Positions 59,801 to 64,000 of a DNA stretch of 64,000 nucleotides are shown here, piece after piece; positions within the stretch are counted from its first letter, which is position 1, and each line of letters starts with the position of its first letter. This DNA comes from Anthoceros angustus (lineage: Eukaryota > Plantae > Anthocerotophyta): NCBI GenBank assembly GCA_010909165.1, contig VJWM01000324.1:1-64000 (forward strand), given 5' to 3'. The notes under the pieces were generated by a model, which saw only the letters and a program-made list of their open reading frames with translations, did not search any database and was not told the origin of the DNA. A program made the translations under genes and the position numbers.

Positions 59801-61890
59801 CTCCTGCTCCACAGGCGTCCCTTCGCCATAGGTGCTCGGGGTGTCTTGCATTGGACCACCTGGGTTTGATAGGTGGGCCGGGGTGCTTGTGCAGGCCTCG
59901 GTCACCTCCATAACCCCTGTTGCTCACACTCCAACTCCGTCGCTTCGCTCATTGCCGACCATAGTGCGTTCCCCGCCTTCCTCATGGACGGCTTCTTATG
60001 CACTTCCGGTGCTCTCGCTCTTGTCCATTAACTCGCCATCTCCCTCTCAGACGGTCGGGCAACTTCTGCGGTGCAGGCTTCGCAGCCCTTCTCCATTTGG
60101 CGTCCTGCTCCTGTTCCATCGCCGTCGCCTCGTCCGCCCAGTGGGCGCTCTATTTCCGTTCGCGTTCGCGACCCGTCTGAGACTACCATTCCTCTCAATG
60201 GTAGTTTGGGCTGACTCAAGGTCTCCTTGCGGTCTTCCATCTCCCTGCTCCACCTCACGTGAGTCAGGAGATCCTCCATCTCCTTGTCGCGAGCTTCACA
60301 GGCTGGGCAGTGGCGCTTGCTCCGCCGCCTCCTGCTCCATCTTGAGGCTGGGCGCTCTATCTCCTCGAAGTCTTGGACTCTCGTTGAGAACCCCTTGCTG
60401 CTCCAATCGTCTTGGGTTGTAACTCAAGGTGTCCTTCATCCTCCGGCTCTGCCGCCTCCCTTCTACCTCCTGCATGCGCCAGGGTCCCGATTTCCGGGTC
60501 TTTGGCCTCGGTGTTTACGCACGGCTCGTCGTGCTTGTTCTTCTTGCACGCTCGGTCTTGATTGGCGGCTGCCCGGTAGCCTCCCTCCACGGTTCGATCA
60601 CGCCGATAGTGATCGCGGCTGCTGTGGCTTCCGCCTCCAGCCACCTTCACAGGCTTCTCGGCTTGGCTCTGGTCTGGTCGGGCCGCCTCCGCGGTCCGAG
60701 CCCTCTCCGCGCCCGGGCCTCTTAGCCTCTGCTGCGCTACCCTCTCACTGCGAGGTCCTCGGCCCGCGCTTGGGCCTCCTTAGCACACTTGGTGCTCCTC
60801 CCAGTGAAGGAATTTAGTCCGGTCCTTGCGAATGGACGGACTTCCCCTCTCGGCCTCCGGCGTTTCCCTTCCTCAATTCGGCCGAGCTTGCCTTCCTCCT
60901 TGCCTCCTGGGCCCCTCCAGCTCTGGAGGAGTACCATGCCTCGGGTGGCTTCTACCTCCGGTCTTCTCGGCCATCCCGAGACCCCAAAGCATCGTCCATG
61001 GCAGTGGCAGGACGTGTTTCTTCCACGGCCCAGTGAGGCTCCCACAAAGTCCGTAGTGGGAGGGCATTTGTGATCCGAGGACCTCCATCTGCATGATCCG
61101 GAGTAAGTCGGGGTGGGTTCTCCGGACCTAATCGGGACCCTTAGGTCTGAGTCTTTGGCTCAGGAGCTTCACCCTCCTTGGCCCTTTTGGCGCGAGCTCC
61201 TTCTCGCCCTTTTTCTCACAGGGCTCGGAGGAGGTGAGGGGTCAGGGAGCAAGCCCTTTTGCCTCTTCACCGGAGGCAGGACCCGGCTCAGTGCGGCTGC
61301 GCGGTGACCTCCTGCTCCTGCGTCCCTTCGCCTCCTTACAGCTTCCTCGACTTCTTGCCACTCAGGTAGGCGGGGTAAGTCTTGGCACCGTCGAGGTCTG
61401 CGTTGGTACATCTTGCGTCTCTTGGTTCCCTCAGGCTCCATGGTTGTGGTTGTGGTGTGGTGGGCTATTGGAGTCAGGGGCCTCCTGCTTGCCCCTCGGT
61501 TGGGGCACCGGGGAGGAGGCGATTTCCTCCATACTTCCACAGGTGGTGAGGGGTCCGTTCAGACGTATGGAGTCGAATTCCCTCGATCGTCCTCCTCCGG
61601 TTTGGCCTTGAGGTCGGCCTCCCACCTCGGGCGCCCTTGCACGCTCCACTTCCGGGCCTCAGTCCTTCCGGGCGCCGCTCAAGCTCTCCCTCCTTGAGGC
61701 TCGAAATGTCCCCATACATGGATCGGTATGGGGCGGCCAGTCATGAGGCTTCTCGCTCCTTAGCTTCGGGCCTCACGGAGCAGGCGAAGATAATCCTTCC
61801 CGTCCGCCCTCTTCCCCAGCGTGCGCGAGAATACCAGCGAGTTATCACCAAGGTGATCCACCTTGGTGGCGAGTTCAATGGACAATGATC
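56890..61890 (+). mobile_element. Family X-related segment in opposite orientation (copy 4)
   Basis: 56905-57560 matches 11455-12170. 59590-59800 and 61095-61890 are reverse complements of the ORF region of copies 1-3 (e.g. CCCCATACATGGAT, CACCAAGGTGATCCACCTTGGTG). Confidence 0.65.
58310..61332. repeat. Tandem duplication of a ~1.51-kb unit
   Basis: CGCC at 58310, 59824 and 61329 bounds two collinear copies (58310-59823, 59824-61328). Confidence 0.88.
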
Positions 61891-62825
61891 CAGACTCTCT
61901 GGAAGACCACATGTACACTAACCCTCCCACATTGTTGGTTTGAATGTTTTTTGCTTTTCTTATGTTTTGTGTGATGGAGTGCTTAGGAAATGTCCGAGGC
62001 AAGGCCTTTTATACTAAAATGGTCCTTGGCCCATGACAATATTACTTTTACAAATAATTAGTCCTTGGGCCTCGAACACCGAATATCGAGGCCTAGAAGG
62101 TCCTTGGACCTTGGGATTTTAGGAATAAAAATTGTCTATATAAGGTGGGGATCCTTCATTCAAGGGCCCGGGAACAAGTGGAGGCGGCACCTCTGGAGAA
62201 GTTCGAAGCTAGCGGAGAGGTATAAGCGGAGAGAGGTGAGGCTAGGGCCGGTCAAGAGAGGCGGGCAACGAAGAAGGCGAGCCAGACCCGCGGTGAAAGC
62301 ACCAGTTGAGCAGCCACCACGGTGGTGGAGCCGGCCACCCGCGAGCGGCCACCAGTGGTGGAGCCGTCGCGGAAGAAGGACCCAAGGTGGGGAAGCCACC
62401 GTCGGGAGGCGTGGGAGGATGCAACTCCCTCGATTCGGAAGCAGCCAGTGATTGTCCATAGGAGCCGGGCATACCTTCACAGTTGTGCTCGAGGAAATGA
62501 GCAAGGCGGAGGCTAGAGCATGGATGGAGGAACGCCGTTTGGCATCGGTGATGAGGAGCGAGGAAAGCGTCGAGGCGGAAGGCAGGCGCCTCCTAGGAGG
62601 AGTGAAGGGACCTCGGATAGCGAGTGAGGTGGAGATATTAAGGGAGGATCTTTCGGATCGAGGCGTGGTAGGAGGCGAGGGAACACCCATGGGCGCAGGC
62701 TAGGCGGCACAGGAGGCGCGCGCTGATTTTAGAGGGCGCATCATAGGTCGAGGCTTTCACTTGGATTAGAGGATAAGGTGCTAGGAAGCTTGTGAATTTG
62801 TAGATACCGAATTGGTAGGCGCTGT

Positions 62826-62881
62826 GGTAGGTTAGCCATCTTTAAACACCGGAGGTAGGTTAGCCATCTTTAGACACCGGA
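62826..62881. repeat. 28-bp tandem repeat x2
   Basis: GGTAGGTTAGCCATCTTTA(A/G)ACACCGGA twice. Confidence 0.85.
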
Positions 62882-63227
62882 AAGTGAGCTATGCGCGTGA
62901 CGGATGTATAAGAGACCCCTTGAGTGTCTCTCTTAGACAATTTCGGTGTGAGCTCCGTGTGTCGAATTTGTGCGTGGTTGGTTGGAGACATCCGATCGAT
63001 GATGGGGGATTCGGTGTCCTCTCGTCACAAGAGGGCCGGGAGATCCTGGATGGTCGAGAGCCGAGTGACCAAGCTCCGCGTGGGGTGACTAGTGGTGAAG
63101 GGTGCTCAATGCATGCGAGGAAATTCCAGGGACCGGGTGAGATCGCGGGTGTGCGAATCGCCTGTGGAGCCGACCTGTTTTCCTTTCCCAACCCCATCTA
63201 ACCAGTTGTGTCTAATCCCAAGGAGGA

Positions 63228-63365
63228 GGTCTGTGGCCCAAGAGAGGTCTGTGTGTGGCCCAAGAGGTCTGTGTGGCCTGAGGAGGGGTCTGTGGCCCAA
63301 GGAGGGGTCTGTGGCCCAAGAGGTCTGTGTCGGAGGAGGGGTCTGTGAGAGGTCTGTGGCAGAGA
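63228..63365. repeat. ~20-bp minisatellite (GAGGGGTCTGTGGCCCAAG-like), ~8 copies
   Basis: Recurrent GGTCTGTG core. Confidence 0.85.
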
Positions 63366-63612
63366 GGAGGATCTGTGGGAACATCTTGTGCGCGGTGGTG
63401 TATGAGGTCCTGGAAGAAAGGGGTGAGTGAGTCGTTGTGTGAAGAGGAGTCTAGGAAGTGGTGAGCGCGAGAGTCCGGAAAATGCGAACGCGAGGAAGGT
63501 TGGGAATAAATTGTGGGGTCGGAGGAGGTGGCGGCGGGTGAGGTGCATGAGCGTGCCTGTGGTGTACATCCACGAGCCGGCGCCTGTGTGGACACGTGCG
63601 GGCGGGTGGGTC

Positions 63613-63780
63613 CCACCACGGTGGCGAATCCACCACGGCGGTGGCGAACCCACCACGGCGGTGGCGAATCCACCACGCGGTGGCGGAATCCACCAGCGGT
63701 GGCGGAATCCACCACGGCGGTGGCGGAATCCACCACACGGTGGCGGAATCCACCACGGTGGCGAACCCACCACACGGTGG
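63613..63780. repeat. ~21-bp tandem array of self-complementary units, 9 copies
   Basis: Consensus CCACCACGGCGGTGGCGGAAT; each unit has a CCACC...GGTGG inverted pair. Confidence 0.9.
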
Positions 63781-64000
63781 TCGAACTTACCATGGTGGTG
63801 GGCGGTAGTGATTGATTAGGTAGGGCGATTGTAGGAGGACTAGAATCCATAGTTTTGGAACATCTTGACACAAAACCATTCCCTTGGGATCGAATCCTAG
63901 GACTATAACGACATAGAGGGTAAATGTGGCCTCTTTGCGTCTTGGATGCAAAACCCATTCCACATTTTGGCGCTTCGGGGAATGAAAATCGATTATAGGA

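Larger units (their letters stand above)
62900..63850 (-). mobile_element. Possible retroelement gag-like low-complexity ORF remnant
   Basis: ATG at 63850 (MDSSPPTIAL..), Pro/Ser/Thr-rich and built from two tandem arrays; frameshifted; no diagnostic domain. Confidence 0.3.

Noticed and set aside
63613-63780. CRISPR-like appearance of palindromic repeats
   Set aside because: No unique spacers, units are directly adjacent, eukaryotic context, no cas genes.

Overview
Eukaryotic nuclear DNA from a land plant. A non-seed lineage is inferred from compact GT-AG introns and a cilia-type EF-hand gene; the species cannot be determined from the sequence. A clean, gene-dense core (~17.4-45.5 kb) holds seven genes: a MYB-CC/PHR1-like transcription factor with a very long Q/P-rich tail, a large multi-exon coiled-coil/EF-hand protein, a caffeoyl-shikimate-esterase-like hydrolase, an EXORDIUM/PHI-1 protein, a tail-anchored coiled-coil protein, condensin II subunit CAP-D3 and a frameshifted VPS28. 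This core is flanked by two nests of transposable elements (1-16.2 kb and 46.5-64 kb) containing Ty1/copia and Ty3/gypsy pieces, a TIR element and two microhomology-bounded tandem duplications. The most striking observation lies inside the right-hand nest: a prokaryote-type beta-class N4-cytosine/N6-adenine DNA methyltransferase (~51.8-52.7 kb, +) tail-to-tail with a degenerate CACTA/En-Spm-type transposase (~52.7-54.0 kb, -). This suggests a plant DNA transposon carrying an amino-methyltransferase as cargo. The repeats are full of 1-3 bp deletions while single-copy genes are mostly clean, so some frameshifts may be long-read assembly errors. No rRNA, tRNA or CRISPR arrays were seen. All family assignments are by motif recognition, not database search.
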